This document shows, one piece after another, positions 1-12,650 of a DNA stretch of 64,000 nt. The notes below the pieces were generated by a model that had not been told where the DNA came from, searched no databases, and worked only from the letters and a program-made list of their open reading frames with translations. Made by a program: the position numbers and the translations under genes. The number at the start of each line of letters is the position of its first letter. Position 1 is the first letter of the stretch. Source of the DNA: Cetorhinus maximus (taxonomy: Eukaryota); assembly GCF_964194155.1 (NCBI RefSeq), contig NC_135915.1, positions 3,720,001 to 3,784,000 on the forward strand, read 5' to 3'.

Positions 1-110
1 CAAAACAAAACAAAAACAGAATTACCTGGAAAAACTCAGCAAGTCTGTCAGCATCGGCGGAGAAGAAATCAGTTAACGTTTCGAGCCTTCATGGCCCTTC
101 GGCAGAACTG
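1..110 (-). mobile_element. Penelope-like element terminal (pseudo-LTR) fragment
   Basis: Matches the terminal repeats of the Penelope-like element at 13765 and 17050 (tacctggaaaaactcagcaNgtct...gcatcggcggagaaga...tttcgag...cccttc). Confidence 0.8.
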
Positions 111-2329
111 CAGCATATAGAAGAGGTAGGCCTAGAAAAACGGAGAACTTTTCATCACAAGTGGTTGCATGGCTGGACGCATTTTGACCCATTATAACCT
201 AAAAACACATTCACTTTCACTGAGTAATTTGCACTAGACTTTTTCAGCTGCATTTCCAGGCTTCTCGAGTCTTCCTCATGCATATTGCACCACCCTCTCG
301 TCACCAACACCGCCCACACCCCCCCTCCCCCAACCACTGGCATTTCAGCTGGACAGAGCCAGACCACAAGTGATACTGGAGGTAGAAGTGTGTTCGTTTG
401 GCAGTGGATTTCGAAGCCTGGTGCAAGCTTTCTCCCGCGCAAATAGAACCTTCCTCTAGCACACTCATCTCAATGTCGCAAGAATGTTCAATGCTGCGTG
501 TTCAGGTGCGCTTTCAGTTTTCCATCTGAGCTGAACTGTATCTCCGTCCACCCACTGATGGTACTCCCGTGCAGCACCTGTGCCCGCCCAGCAAGAGGTT
601 CCTAAAACATTTGATTTCAAAACGATAGACTGACTAAGGCTTACTTTCAGCTCCCCTGTTGTTATTCCTGCCCCAGACACCCATGTCCTTTCCACCATCA
701 CTGTTGAGGTCCTTGGCTTTACCTTCGAAATCATCAGCATCACCTACCAAAGAGAAACCATTGTTTTCCGGGATCCCCTGGTTAACATGCACTTTCCTTA
801 CATCCCCGATAATCCCACCCCGATCCACATTGATCTCCCCAATCGCTTTCTTTCCACCTCCAGGGTCTTTGTCTGACTCTGAGTCCGTAACCATCCACTC
901 TCGCTATCAATTTTACCTCTACCATCTCATCCTCAGTCATCAGTCTACAAACTTTCTGGCTCACTCTGCCGCCGCCACCTCCCCCCCCCCCCCCCCCCGC
1001 CACTACCTCCAATACTCACAATTCCTCTTGCCATGCCCACCCACACTCTGTTGTCTCTAGAGGAGGGAGTCATTGATTCCACAGGCAGCTACCTTGCACG
1101 TTCACTTGGAAATCACCACATCTCCTTCTCTTACTTCCTTTTGAACCTTACTCCCTACTCCACCCTTACTCCCTCCTCCCCCCTGACTCATTCCTCCCCC
1201 AGGCTACTTCGCCCCTGTGATCTGCATTCACCCCACGAATTCCTAACCACCTGCGAAGCCCTCCCCCCGAGATTCGTTCTCCAATCAGACATTCTTCCCC
1301 ACTGTGAACTATTTCGCTTATACATTCCTACCCCCTTGTACCTACTTGGTCGGTTGCCAGAGTTTCGCCACTAAACTCCCCTCACCATGTACTTCCTCCC
1401 CGCCTCATAGCCTGCACCTCGCCCGCCCCCCGAAAACATCGATTGCCCACTCCCAACCTCAGCCCCTGATACCTTTGTTCCCACCATCCCAACCTTTCCT
1501 CGCCTGAACACCTCCCTCTCCTAGACAAACCTAGACCTTCCATCCCACCACCCACTTGCCCATTATCCCTACATTTCCAACTCACTGCTGTACCTTCCTC
1601 TCTTTCCCCAAACACCCCGTGGCGATCATCCAAAGCAGCCCCTTTCCAGGTACTTGATATCCAAAAGCAGCAGGCAGACATCACTGAACACCTCCCACAT
1701 TCCCTGTGTGGTTGCGTGGCAGAGCCATGTCCATCAGAATCATTCCCTGCTACAATGCAAGTGCTCCTCCAGGGTCCAGTATCTGTAGAGCTGCAGCATT
1801 TTCTTCTCCTCAGGTGTCCGTGTTATGAGCAAGGCCCTCATGCTCAGTTCAGACTTTTAACAGTAAGTCCCGACTTCTGTACATCACACCTGTCAAGACA
1901 TATTGTGGGCTGGCATTGTTCCTGCTGACGTGGGGGACAAACCCAGTGTGTCTGGAAGAATCCGGCGAGCAGGCAAGATGATGAGATGCTCATAAATTGA
2001 AATTAGGTTCCTGATATTGGACCCAGGGAAAGCCATTGACGGGTAGAGTGGACGATCGCAAATTGGTTTCACCATAAAACCAAGTTTTCGCGTGGTTGCT
2101 AGTTTGACGAGCCCCTGCCGCCATGACAACCGATGCCAAGAGTGGTGGAAAATTCTGTCCACTGTAAATAGTGATGCAGTCCACGTGGTTCCCCTGTAAA
2201 ATGCTTGCCGGCTAAATGGGTAGTTCCACACTTCATGGGAAGCACTTTGAATGCTGACAACGTCCAGAAGAACACCTGCCAGATAGTGGCTACCGCCCCA
2301 GGTATTCGTCACAATTACTTACTCACAGC

Positions 2330-5140
2330 TCAGGGATTCATTTCAAATGTGGCCGAGTCCCCAGAGATTGATTGCAAATACTGACACACTCCCCAATAAG
2401 TAATTGCAATCACCCATACATTCCCCGGGGGTTCCCCATAGATTCTGACACAAGGCCCTCTCTTAATACTGATATATTCCCAAGTAAAATTCTGTTTATA
2501 ATGCCACACAAAATCACAAATGCTCTGTAAACAGTGACATAAATTCCAGTGGCCCCGTCTAAGTACTGGCAAAACTCCTGTCAGCATCTTTCAAATACTG
2601 ACGTAGGCAGGGATTAATGATAAATAGCGACACATTCCCCAGAGATTCATTTTGTACACTGCCAAACTCCCCAGGGATTAATGATAAATAGCGACACATT
2701 CCCCAGAGATTCATTATGCATACTGGCAAACTCCCCAGGGATTTATGATAAATAGCGACACATTCCCCAGAGATTTATTATGCACCCTGGCATACTCCCA
2801 AGGGATCAATGATAATTAACGACACATTCTCCAGAGGTTCTTTATAAACACTGGCACATTCCTCAGGAATTCATTAGACATAATGACGCAGCCCCCAGGG
2901 GTTCATTATAAATATTGACACACAGCCCAGGGATTCATGATATTTGCTGACACGCACCCGAAGGCTTCATTATAAATACTCAGACACTCCCCGGGGATAC
3001 TTTTAAAAAATGACACACTCCCCAGGGATTCATGATAAATATTAACATACTCTCCAGGGGTTCATTATAAATATTGACAAACTCCCCAGGGATTCATTAA
3101 ATATACTGACACTTTCCAGAGGGATTCATTTTAAACACTTTCACCAACACACCCCCTACCCACAGGAATGCTTTTGAAACACTGACACACCCTCCGAGGT
3201 TTCTCTGCTAATACTCAAGTCCCTCTACACTCCCTCGCCTTTATTATAAACACTGGCACACGACCCTGGGGGTTCTTTATACTGATAAACAGCTCTGGTA
3301 TTTTTTACAATCACTCACGCACTCCCAAGGGATTCAGTATAAACACTGACACACTCCTCAGGAATTCGTGATAAATAGAGTAACAATAGCCAGGGATTGA
3401 ACAGAAATACTAACAAACATCACTGGATTCATTATAAACACTGACAGACTTCCCAGAGAATCCTGATGAATACTGACACACTCAACAGGGATTCATTCCA
3501 AATACTGTCACGGTTACCTTGGTTTCACTATCAATATTTACAAACTTTGCGGGGATCCGATGTAAAGACTAAATAGCAATCTCCCTGTGGATTCATTGCA
3601 AATACTGACACACTCCCCAGGGATCCATTACAAATCCTGTCACATTCCACAAGGATCCATTATAAATACTGACGCACTCCCCATGGCTTCATTATTAATA
3701 CTGACACATTCCCCTGGGGTCCATAGTAAATACTGACACACACCCCACAGATTCATTATAAATACGGACGGGCTCCGGGGAATTCCGTGTGAATGCTGAT
3801 GAACTCTGCAGTGATTCAGTCTGAATACTGACACACTCCCCAGGGTTTTATTATAAATTCTAACGCACTCCCCAAAGATATGTTATGAATAATAAAATAC
3901 TCTTCACAGATTCATTAACAATACTGACACACTGTCTACGAATTAATTTTAAATACTGTCACGCCTCCATCCAAACCTTGGATCCTTTATAAATGCTGAC
4001 ACACTCTCCAAGGATCCATACTAAATACTGACACACTCCCCAAAGATTCATTATCAATACTGACGAGTTCCGTTGGAATTCCATCTGGATGCTGAAAAAC
4101 TCTGCAGTGATTCAATCTGGATACTGACACAATCCCCAGGTTTTCGCAACAAATTCTCCTCAGGGTTTCATGTTAAATACTGAGAACCTCCCCATAAATT
4201 CGTTAGAGTTACTGACACACTCCCCGGGGATTAACTATCAATAGTGACACCTTCCCCATTTATTAATTATGAATACCTACACAATTCCCAGCGATTCTTT
4301 AACAACACTGACAAAGTCCCCAGGGATTAACTATAAACACTGACACAATATCCAGCTATTCGTTATCAATACGAGCACATTCGGCAAGGATGAATTGTAA
4401 ACAATGCCACAATCCCCAGAGATGCATTATGAATACTGAATCAAATCCCAATGTTCAATTATAAATTCTGACACACTAAACACTGAGTCATTATAATTAT
4501 GTCAGTCACCCCAGGGATTCATTATAATTACTGGAACACTCCCCAGGGATTAATTACCAATACTGACACATTATTCGGGGAGTCAATATAAATGCTGACA
4601 CACTAACCTAGGATTCATTATAAATACAGGGTAGGTCCAAACACATTCATTGTATAACCTGATGGACTACTCAGTTACTCATTATTAATACTGACACACT
4701 CTTCAGGGAAAAATTAAAATAACCGACACACTCCCTGCGATTCATGTTAAATACTGACAAGCTCGCCAGGGACCCATTAAGAAAACCTAACAGACTCACC
4801 ATTGATTCATTATATAAATACCGAAACACGATGCATGGATCACTGTAAATATTAAAACACTAGCCAGGGATTCAGTAAAGATTCTGACCCACAAGACACG
4901 GAACCAGCATAAACACTGAAACACTCCCCATGGACGCATAATCTATACTGACATCACCCCCCCCCACCCCCAACAACCCACCCCGCACCTGCAATGCCCG
5001 AGGTATTCATTAGAACTGTTGTAATCCTCCACAGGGTTTCATTATAATGACTGGCACATCAACATGTCTTAGTTATAAATATGAACACATTCCCCAGGTG
5101 TTCTTTCTAAATACTGACACACTCCTCAGTGATGCTGATT
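2330..5140. repeat. 32-bp degenerate minisatellite, consensus ~ACTGACACACTCCCCAGGGATTCATTATAAAT, about 85 units
   Basis: The unit is visible throughout. A 64-bp dimer phase recurs at 2611, 2675, 2739 and 2803. Confidence 0.95.
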
Positions 5141-5329
5141 CTGATAGGTCCAGTTCAGTCAGTGGAACGTTACAACAAACATAGAGAGTTAGAAACTTGA
5201 ATTCACAGATGAGTGACATATGGCCCAAAATGTTTCTGTTGAATGATAACGTTGTCCAGCCTAATCTCAATTTTCTGTTCGTGGTCCTCATTTAACAGCA
5301 ATTCAAGTGAACGCCAAAACATTTTTTTT

Positions 5330-8300
5330 TTTTGTTCTGCAAATGATAGGAGGCTTTCTCCCTGGACGATCCTTTCTGCCAGTGTGTTCCAGACGGGATT
5401 GTTGTGAGTATGAGGAAATGGTGTACCATGGAAGAACAGGATATTCCAATGGTAATTACGCAACAGAGACAGTCACACAGATCACTGATATTATCCCCAC
5501 TCCCTCAAAAATTGGGAAATAGGTGCCAACAATGAGATGCGGAACCTAGAGGACACTAGCATTCAGAGTTCCAAAATGTAAGTTGAGGTTTTGTAAATGC
5601 CAGGGGTAATGATTCAATTGGGAAATACTTATCCTGGATATTGAAGTCGAGCGAAATTGACATTTTATTGAACAGGTAGAAAAATAAATGAAGATGACTG
5701 TGCTCTCCATCCTCTTTGGAGTCGTGTGGTGTAAAAGTGTGGGCCCTGAACTAGGTTTGCGCCCATGAACGATCACCTACCTGGATGAACAAGGCCAAAC
5801 CTGAATTCTATGTGAAGGAACTGCATTTTACATGTCCTTTTAAGAGTGAAAATTTTTTGGATAAAGGGGAAATATGATGCAGCAGTGGATTAGATTTGAT
5901 AAGGTAGAAAATTGAAGGGAGGCAGATTGCCGCATATTGTATCATTCAATGAGCCAGCGAAAGCAAGTGCAATAATTCGATCACAAGAAATATGAACAGA
6001 GATGGGCCAGTCATTCCATCGAGTCTATTATAGAGTGAATAAGACCACGACAGTTCTGGTTGTAATCTTAAATCCACTTCCTTGCTTGTCCACCGTAATC
6101 CTTGAGACCCTTGAAGATCAAAATCTGCCTGAATGTGCATTGAATATATTTAATAACCCAGCCTCCACAACTCTTTGGGAAAGTGAATTGCATAGTTTAT
6201 CAAGCATTCAGGAAATAAATTTTCCTCATCTTTGTCCTAATTGGGAGACCACTTCATTTGAAACTGCCCCCTTTTTCTACAATCCCCCACGTGAGGCAAC
6301 AGCCTCTCAGAATCCATTCAGTCAAGCTCCTCTAATTCTCTGTTCTTCTGAATTCTACTGTAGCAAGGTGGAAATGGTGGTAAAGGGACAGTGTGTACAA
6401 TGTAACAACAAGTGGACATTTTTTTGGCGGCCGGGGTGGGGTCAAATGTTGATCTCTGGGAATGTAAAAGGAAAGTGAAACCCTTGAGAAAGAAGTGGGA
6501 GAAGTGGCGCCCTCTACCTCGCACAGTCCTTAAAGCCTGCAGCTCAGAAGAAATGATGAAGAAAAGGAGTTTGAGCATTGATATAATTATGGATGTCAGT
6601 ATGGTCGGAACGGTGAAAATAGATACCGTTTAAGATCATTGAATGGCGAGTTAAGGAACGCTCAGGAACAAATCAAAGGTTTCTTACAGCAAATCAATAA
6701 TGTCACAAAAGATCAGCTATATGAGGATCTAATAATCACTGTCAATTTAATAACATTTCTTTGACTCTAGTTAGCATGCCAAAGAAGAACTAAATTCTAG
6801 CACAGAAACAGAACAGAAAGATCTGTGTGTGATTCACAGGAAAGTACAGACCAACCATGATTGAGAGAAATTAGAGGATCTATCAGTACCTAATTGGATT
6901 AACAGTGACCACTTAACTCAATTGACAAAGAACTAAATTTCACCTTATTTGAATATATGTAGAATAAGAAGGTTGATTAATTCACATATAGTTTATCACA
7001 GATGTAAAATTAGTGTTACCGATACAGTGTTAGGAATAATGTTGAAATTCACTCTTCAAGCTCCAAACCATCAGGCGTATCTCCTGATTACCGCAAAAAG
7101 CATTAGACATGTGCTACAAAGGCCGTAAATAGTGTCAGGTATTTGAGGCAAAGCTTGTAATGTAGCGTTGAACATCTCTGCGAGTGTCATGGATAACTAG
7201 GACCCCATCCACAACCCTGGTGCGATGGCAGCAAGTAAGAGATACAGTAATATGTCCTTAAAGTTTAAATATCCATGAAAGATCAGGATATGGATTCTCG
7301 CCATGCAATCCACACCATGGAGATATTGAATTGAATTGTTCCTTATGTTTGTAGAGAAGATGGAGAGCAGTGCATGTCCGCAACTGCAAAATCTTCCAGT
7401 TATGCAAATCAGGCCTGACGCCATGTTACGCATTCTACCTGTTCTATAGATCCACCTCTTGTGGTGCAAACAGAATATAGGAAACCACGAAATTTAGACC
7501 TCGGAAAGGAAATTGTTTTTTGATGTATCAGACCCACTCTAGCAAAGCATAATGGGTGAATTACTTCCTAAATTTGGCTCTGGTGTATACCTGCTTGTCT
7601 CTGAGTTCCAGAGAAAATAATTACATTACTGAATGACAGTGGCCGAACCCAGCATATATTACGGTTATTATCGGAAAGAAAAACTGAAGCGGGGTAATTC
7701 ATAGAAAATATTAAAAAAGTCCATGATGAATGCACTTATGGAATTGTTAATCAACGTTTGAGGTAAATCCTTGGATAAGATTCGTGTCTCATGTTTTAAC
7801 CAGAACTCAGTTGATCTCAGTGAATGATTTAGTATTCCTAGCAATGGCAGAGAGAATATGGCGGATGAAGGCCGAACAGACGTTAGTGCATGAGCCTTTA
7901 TCAAGAATAGTTGGAGAAGCTTCTCTAAATGTGAATGATTCCCTCAGGAGACAGAATATCAGCCACTTTGTGAGTGGGGATGTTAGCCAGTCCTTCAGCG
8001 ATAATTAGACGAAGTGCATGACCTTCTCAGGCTGTCTGTTAGGGTAGGGCCGATTGCATACACAGTCTCCAGAACTTTTAATGGTGGCATTAGCAATTGC
8101 CTTGAAATACCGATGTCGTGTTGCTGGGAAAATCCCAAACGTGTCCCCAGTGGATCTCTGGAAAATCCGGATGCGTTGGTATTGAATGAATGTTGGTTTT
8201 CAGGGCATAAGTTTCGCAGGTCATCCTGCACATTAGGTATCCATTCGTAACCACCTCCTTGGAGAGTTTTGTTTTCATTGACATTGCCACTCCGATATTG

Positions 8301-8450
8301 GTGAGTAGTTAAGGAAGCATTCCACGTTGTGCCTCCTTGGGCTAATTCAAAGTCCATTGACCAAAAGTGTTTCAATTTGGATGAGATCTCAGATTTTTCT
8401 TCATATCGCCAACAATGTCACTGAAGTGAGCAGCTAATCGCTAAAAATAA
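5330..8450 (+). mobile_element. Highly decayed endogenous retrovirus/LTR-element remnant (integrase-like and env/fusion-protein-like pieces)
   Basis: Broken frames read K**EAFS (5341) and WEILILDIEVERN*HFIEQV (~5619), resembling the integrase motifs KWVEAFP and WGxPxxIxSDxGxHFxxQV. KKR|SL at ~6560 is followed by a hydrophobic stretch and a heptad-like LRSLNGELRNAQEQIKGFLQQINNV. There are many stops and frameshifts. Confidence 0.4.
6040..6365 (-). mobile_element. CR1 LINE 3' fragment
   Basis: Similar to the 3' ends of the CR1 copies at 22960-23350 and 38250-38650 (cagcctccacaactctttgggaaagtgaatt...). Confidence 0.6.
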
Positions 8451-8879
8451 AGCACTGGAAGATGTAACTTCTAATGAGAAGTAAGTCAAATTACATTGAT
8501 CAAGAAGAGCAAGCGTTAATACCCCCACACTGTTCTGAATGAGAGTCTGCAGCTGATCCATCCAGGATATGGGAGCATGGAGAATTGGGTGGGGGTTGTG
8601 GTTGGGCGGGGCCAGTGGGATGACGTGCGGTAACTGCGAGTGAGATGAACTATTCCTTTTCTATATTTTCAATCATAGACATTGAATCATCGCAATGAAT
8701 TTTTAATAACCTCCGAACTGTGAAAATCGAAGTCATTGTCCTCTGTGCTCACCACTGACCCCATACTTGGCATTCTGAATCCATCCGTCCATCTGGCGAC
8801 TGTATGTTTTTCAACTAGACCGTATCCAACTTTCTTTTCATAATCAAGTTTGACAGAAGTTTATATTTTATTATTATTC

Positions 8880-9700
8880 ATGTTCAGTATATGGGCGTCG
8901 GTGGTGAGCATTTATTTTCCATCCCTAATTGCCCTTGAGATGGTGATGGTGAGCTGCCTTCTTGTGGTGTAGTTACACCCAGAGTGCTGAAAGTGAGGAA
9001 ATTCCAGGACTTTGACTCAGCACCAATGAAGGAGTGGTGATATTGCTCCAAATCAGAATGGTGAGTGGCTCGGAACGGAACTTCCAGTTAATGGTGCTCC
9101 CATGTGCCTGCTGCCCTTTTCCTTCTAGGCAGTAGAGATGCTGGGTTTGGAAAGTGCAGCCTACAGACTTTTGTTAATTTCTTGCTGTGCAGCTTGTATA
9201 TGGTACACTCTGCTGCCAGTGATCGTTGGCGGTGGGGAGAGTGATGTTTTATGTATGTGGTCCCAATCAAGTGGACTGCTTTGCGCTGGACGTTGTCAAT
9301 CTTCTTCAGCATTGTTGGAGGTTCACTTCTCTAGGTAAGTGGAGAGTATTCCATCACACTCCTGACATTTGCTTTCTAATTAATGGAAAGGATTTTTGCG
9401 GGGGTGGGGGGGAGGGGTCTGGCAGGAGGTGAGTTAATCTCTGCATAATTCCTAATCACTCATCTGGTCTGGTAGCCCTTGTATTTATGCGACTCGTCCA
9501 GCTCAGTTTCTGGTAAATGGTAACCCCTGAATTTATACAGTAAATTTAACATCAAGGGGTTATGGTTGGATTCTCTCTTGATGGAGATGGTCATTGCCTG
9601 GTAATTGTGTGGCCCGATAGTTACTTGCCACTTCTCAGCCCTGGCCTTGACAGGGCCCAGGCCTTGTTGCATTTAGCCATGGACTGCCACGGCATCTGAG
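8880..9700 (-). mobile_element. L2/CR1-clade LINE, RT C-terminus plus 3' tail
   Basis: Minus-strand ORFs LKKIDNVQRKAVHLIG...SLAAECTIYKLH and AEKWQVT...YQAMTIS. The tail reads ataaatgct...gacgcccat on the minus strand. Confidence 0.75.
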
Positions 9701-10973
9701 GAGAAGCACACATATCACGGTGATCACTAAGAATATCCATTTTCACCTCTGAATCCGTACCTGTGTCGAACCTGTGCTGCAATATCCCTGCATGTGTTTG
9801 ATGGGAAAGAGTGTCCCCATGCTGTAATGTCTAGGGAGAGCAAAACAAGAATGTTTGCTCTCCCCAATATCTTGAATTCCAAAGCGTTAATACCAGAACA
9901 GTTTATGCTTTGTCAGGCCTGTTTCTGCGAAACTCTATCTGGACATTGCAGGATAATTGGTCTCTCACTGGAATCAAGGTGACAATGTTAATTCCTTTAC
10001 GGGTATGGACTGACTGTTTCTATTGAACTACGTTAGGAATCACAGCTAGCCTGAATCGTGAATGGGCTGACTTTCAGAGTCAAGGAGGACCCTTGGGAAA
10101 TAGCTGGAATCGACCTGTCTGTGGCAAAAGGAAAATCCCAGTCGAATATCCCCATTTATAATAATAAATATATTTTATAAACCATCTTATAAATCGATCT
10201 GCAATCTCCAATACTTGCATAGGTACACCCCCTATTTTTCTGAAGCATCTTTAAAACTTGACCTGTGTCACATCCACATTGGCATTGTTCATATAAGTTT
10301 TTTTCAGTTTTCAGAACAAAACAATTAAACGGCACACGATCAAATAGATTTTGGAAGTCGAGACATTTAACATCACCTACATTATCCTCATCAATGTTTA
10401 TATTTTTTCATCAGCAGCCTCAATCAATTTTAGTGGATATGATGTTTCATCAAAATATGTGTCCTGCATTTCATATATTAATCGATTTTTCTCCCATATA
10501 ATGATTTTTTAAAACCAGACGATAGCATCAAGAAATTGACCCATCAGCACTATTTTAATGTCCCACTTGTAGTTACATGAATTACTTCTCTCTTTTTCTC
10601 TCCCTCCCTCTCTATCTTTAAATAATAGCATGTACAATTTACAACCCTTCAGTCCTCTGGCACTACTATGATATTCATGTGTGAAGAAAAGACAGTAGGC
10701 AGTGTCTAGATTATATTTACCTACCTTGCCTCAGCAACATCCATAGATAACGCACAGGCCTGGCAAATGGTCGGCTTCTTTGTGAAACAACAAGTTTGAA
10801 AGTGGTGAACTGAAGCTGTTTGTTCAGCGCCTTAATTAATGGCAGTCTCCATGGAGAATAATTGTGCGACTGGAGGCTTCTGCTCTGCTACTAATGATGA
10901 ACTCCTTTCATTCTATTATTCCGTAGTTTCAACGGGAACATCATCTCCATCACAGGAATCAGCGGGTCAAGAG

Positions 10974-11166
10974 ATGAGGGTGAGGAGAGATCCGAATCTA
11001 AGGACAATGAATTTCTATTTTGCTAATAAGAATGGAGATCTATCCTATTGGTTTATAACTGTATCTTATTACTCTCCTTGTATTACATTGGAATCTCGGA
11101 CCTTTTATGCACTTAAGTTGATTCAACACTTGTACTGTTCCATCTTGGCAATTTTTAACGTCCCTG
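10974..11166 (+). pseudogene. Exon 1 of GPR139/GPR142-like GPCR pseudogene (N-terminus and first half of TM1)
   Basis: Frame ...TLESRTFYALKLIQHLYCSILAIFNVP-G|gtaaat parallels the intact gene's IFYPILAVIGVP-G|gtgagt. The phase-1 donor is at 11167. The 5' motif gggaacatca (~10934) is shared with the intact gene (~36506). The start codon is uncertain (10974 or 11007). Confidence 0.75.
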
Positions 11167-11639
11167 GTAAATTTCTAACAAGCTCTTAATTCTCTAAGCA
11201 ATGCTTACTGTTCCTCTCAATTACTCTTCACTCCTTATTGCTGCTGTTGATCCTGCTGATCTCTGTCTTGAGTTATTAACTTTGCAAACCATTGCTAACT
11301 GCATTAAAATTCATTTAATTTACATCCTCATCTTGAAATCTGCTCGTGCTCATTTTAAACTGTGTTACCAATTATTAGATCGGTAAACCACGATCAGTGG
11401 CGTTACCCATTTTTATTTATCTATCGCGACGATGGATGTCATTGTTTCCTGTCCAGGTCACAAACTCTATTCTCTATAACTGGACTCACTTACATCCCTG
11501 GCCAATACCTCAGGGTGAACAACGATTTTTGCAACCTCAGTGAACGATTTAACGCTGAGATGGATAACAAAACCAGATCATCTCTGTTACCAATCCTCTC
11601 TGCTATCACCTCAATAACATTGTCCTCTATATCAGCCTG

Positions 11640-11900
11640 CCTGCTGCATTAACTGGCCATGGTTATATCCAGATTCAGGTATTCCAATGCCATGCTAGAC
11701 AACCTCCTTGCCACAACACACATGAGCTACAGTTAGACAAAATCAAAGCTGCCCATACCCTAACAGACACCAACCCCCATTCGCCCCCTAATCCTATAAA
11801 ACCTGATCCACATTAATTCCTGTCTGGCAGAAATTGAATCTTTACGTCTTCATTCATGTATTAAAATTCCTCCATGAAGTCGATCCGAAATTTGAGCCAA
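11640..11900 (+). mobile_element. L2 LINE RT C-terminal fragment
   Basis: AMVISRFRYSNAMLDNL resembles the L2 motif AFVTSRLDYSNALLAGL. Confidence 0.5.
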
Positions 11901-12124
11901 TTCGTCTGTATCTCAGAAAATTATTTCCATTTAGTTGTTCACGCAGCACTTTTTCTAAAGTGTATTTCTTTATTCCTGTGCCATTCTCCGGCTATTATTT
12001 GGGCATCATAGAGCTACTGGTGCCAGCGCTCTAAAGATCAGAAACCTTGAAGTGCCACTGATCGCCATTGCCGTTGGCCAGAATGTGATGAAACACATTT
12101 GGAACGTTTTCAGCGCCTTTGAAC

Positions 12125-12650
12125 TGCTGAAACTTGGTCCGTAAAAGTCCACTTAAAAAGTGCAGGATTGAGCTTAAGAAAATAATTAGGAGAGGAAAGA
12201 GGGGACATGAGAAAGATCTGGCTGGTAAAAGTAGGGAAAATCCCAATGTATTCTATCAGCATATTAATGGGAAGAGGATAAACAGTGAAGGAGGAGAACC
12301 CGTTAGGGAACAAGGGGCACATCTATGGTGGCATCCAGAAGACATCGGTAGAGTGGTGAACGAATACTTCACATTCGTCTTCACCCAAGAGAGAGTGGAT
12401 AAAGGTATCGAGCACGAGCATTCAGTCTTCGAAGTTCTTGAGCAAATTGATGGAGGGAGTGAAAAGGTTTTGGAGATGTTTGCAGGCTTTAAAGTTCACA
12501 AATCTCCAGGTCAGAATGATTGTGTCCCAGACTGCTAACGGGCGCAAGGGAGGATATCGCATGGGTTCTGACCAAAATTTGCAATTCCTCTCTGGCCACG
12601 GGGGAGGTGTCAGAGGACGGGAGAACAGCTAATGTGGTTCCATTCTCTGA
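12125..12650 (+). mobile_element. CR1 LINE ORF2 internal fragment
   Basis: KKIIRRGKRGHEKDLAGKSRENPNVFYQHINGKR...NEYFTFVFT...KSPG, typical of the CR1 ORF2 linker and RT start. Confidence 0.85.

Noticed and set aside
155-2312. Assorted 65-140 aa ORFs at the window start
   Set aside because: They have no recognisable motifs or consistent frame. They are probably old repeat debris that I cannot classify.
2330-5140. CRISPR-like appearance of 32-bp repeats (also 53490-53735 and 61150-61455)
   Set aside because: The units are head-to-tail with no unique spacers, there are no cas genes, and the context is vertebrate.
10839-11189. 116-aa ORF as a standalone gene
   Set aside because: Its 3' part is better explained as exon 1 of the GPCR pseudogene, read through the donor at 11167.
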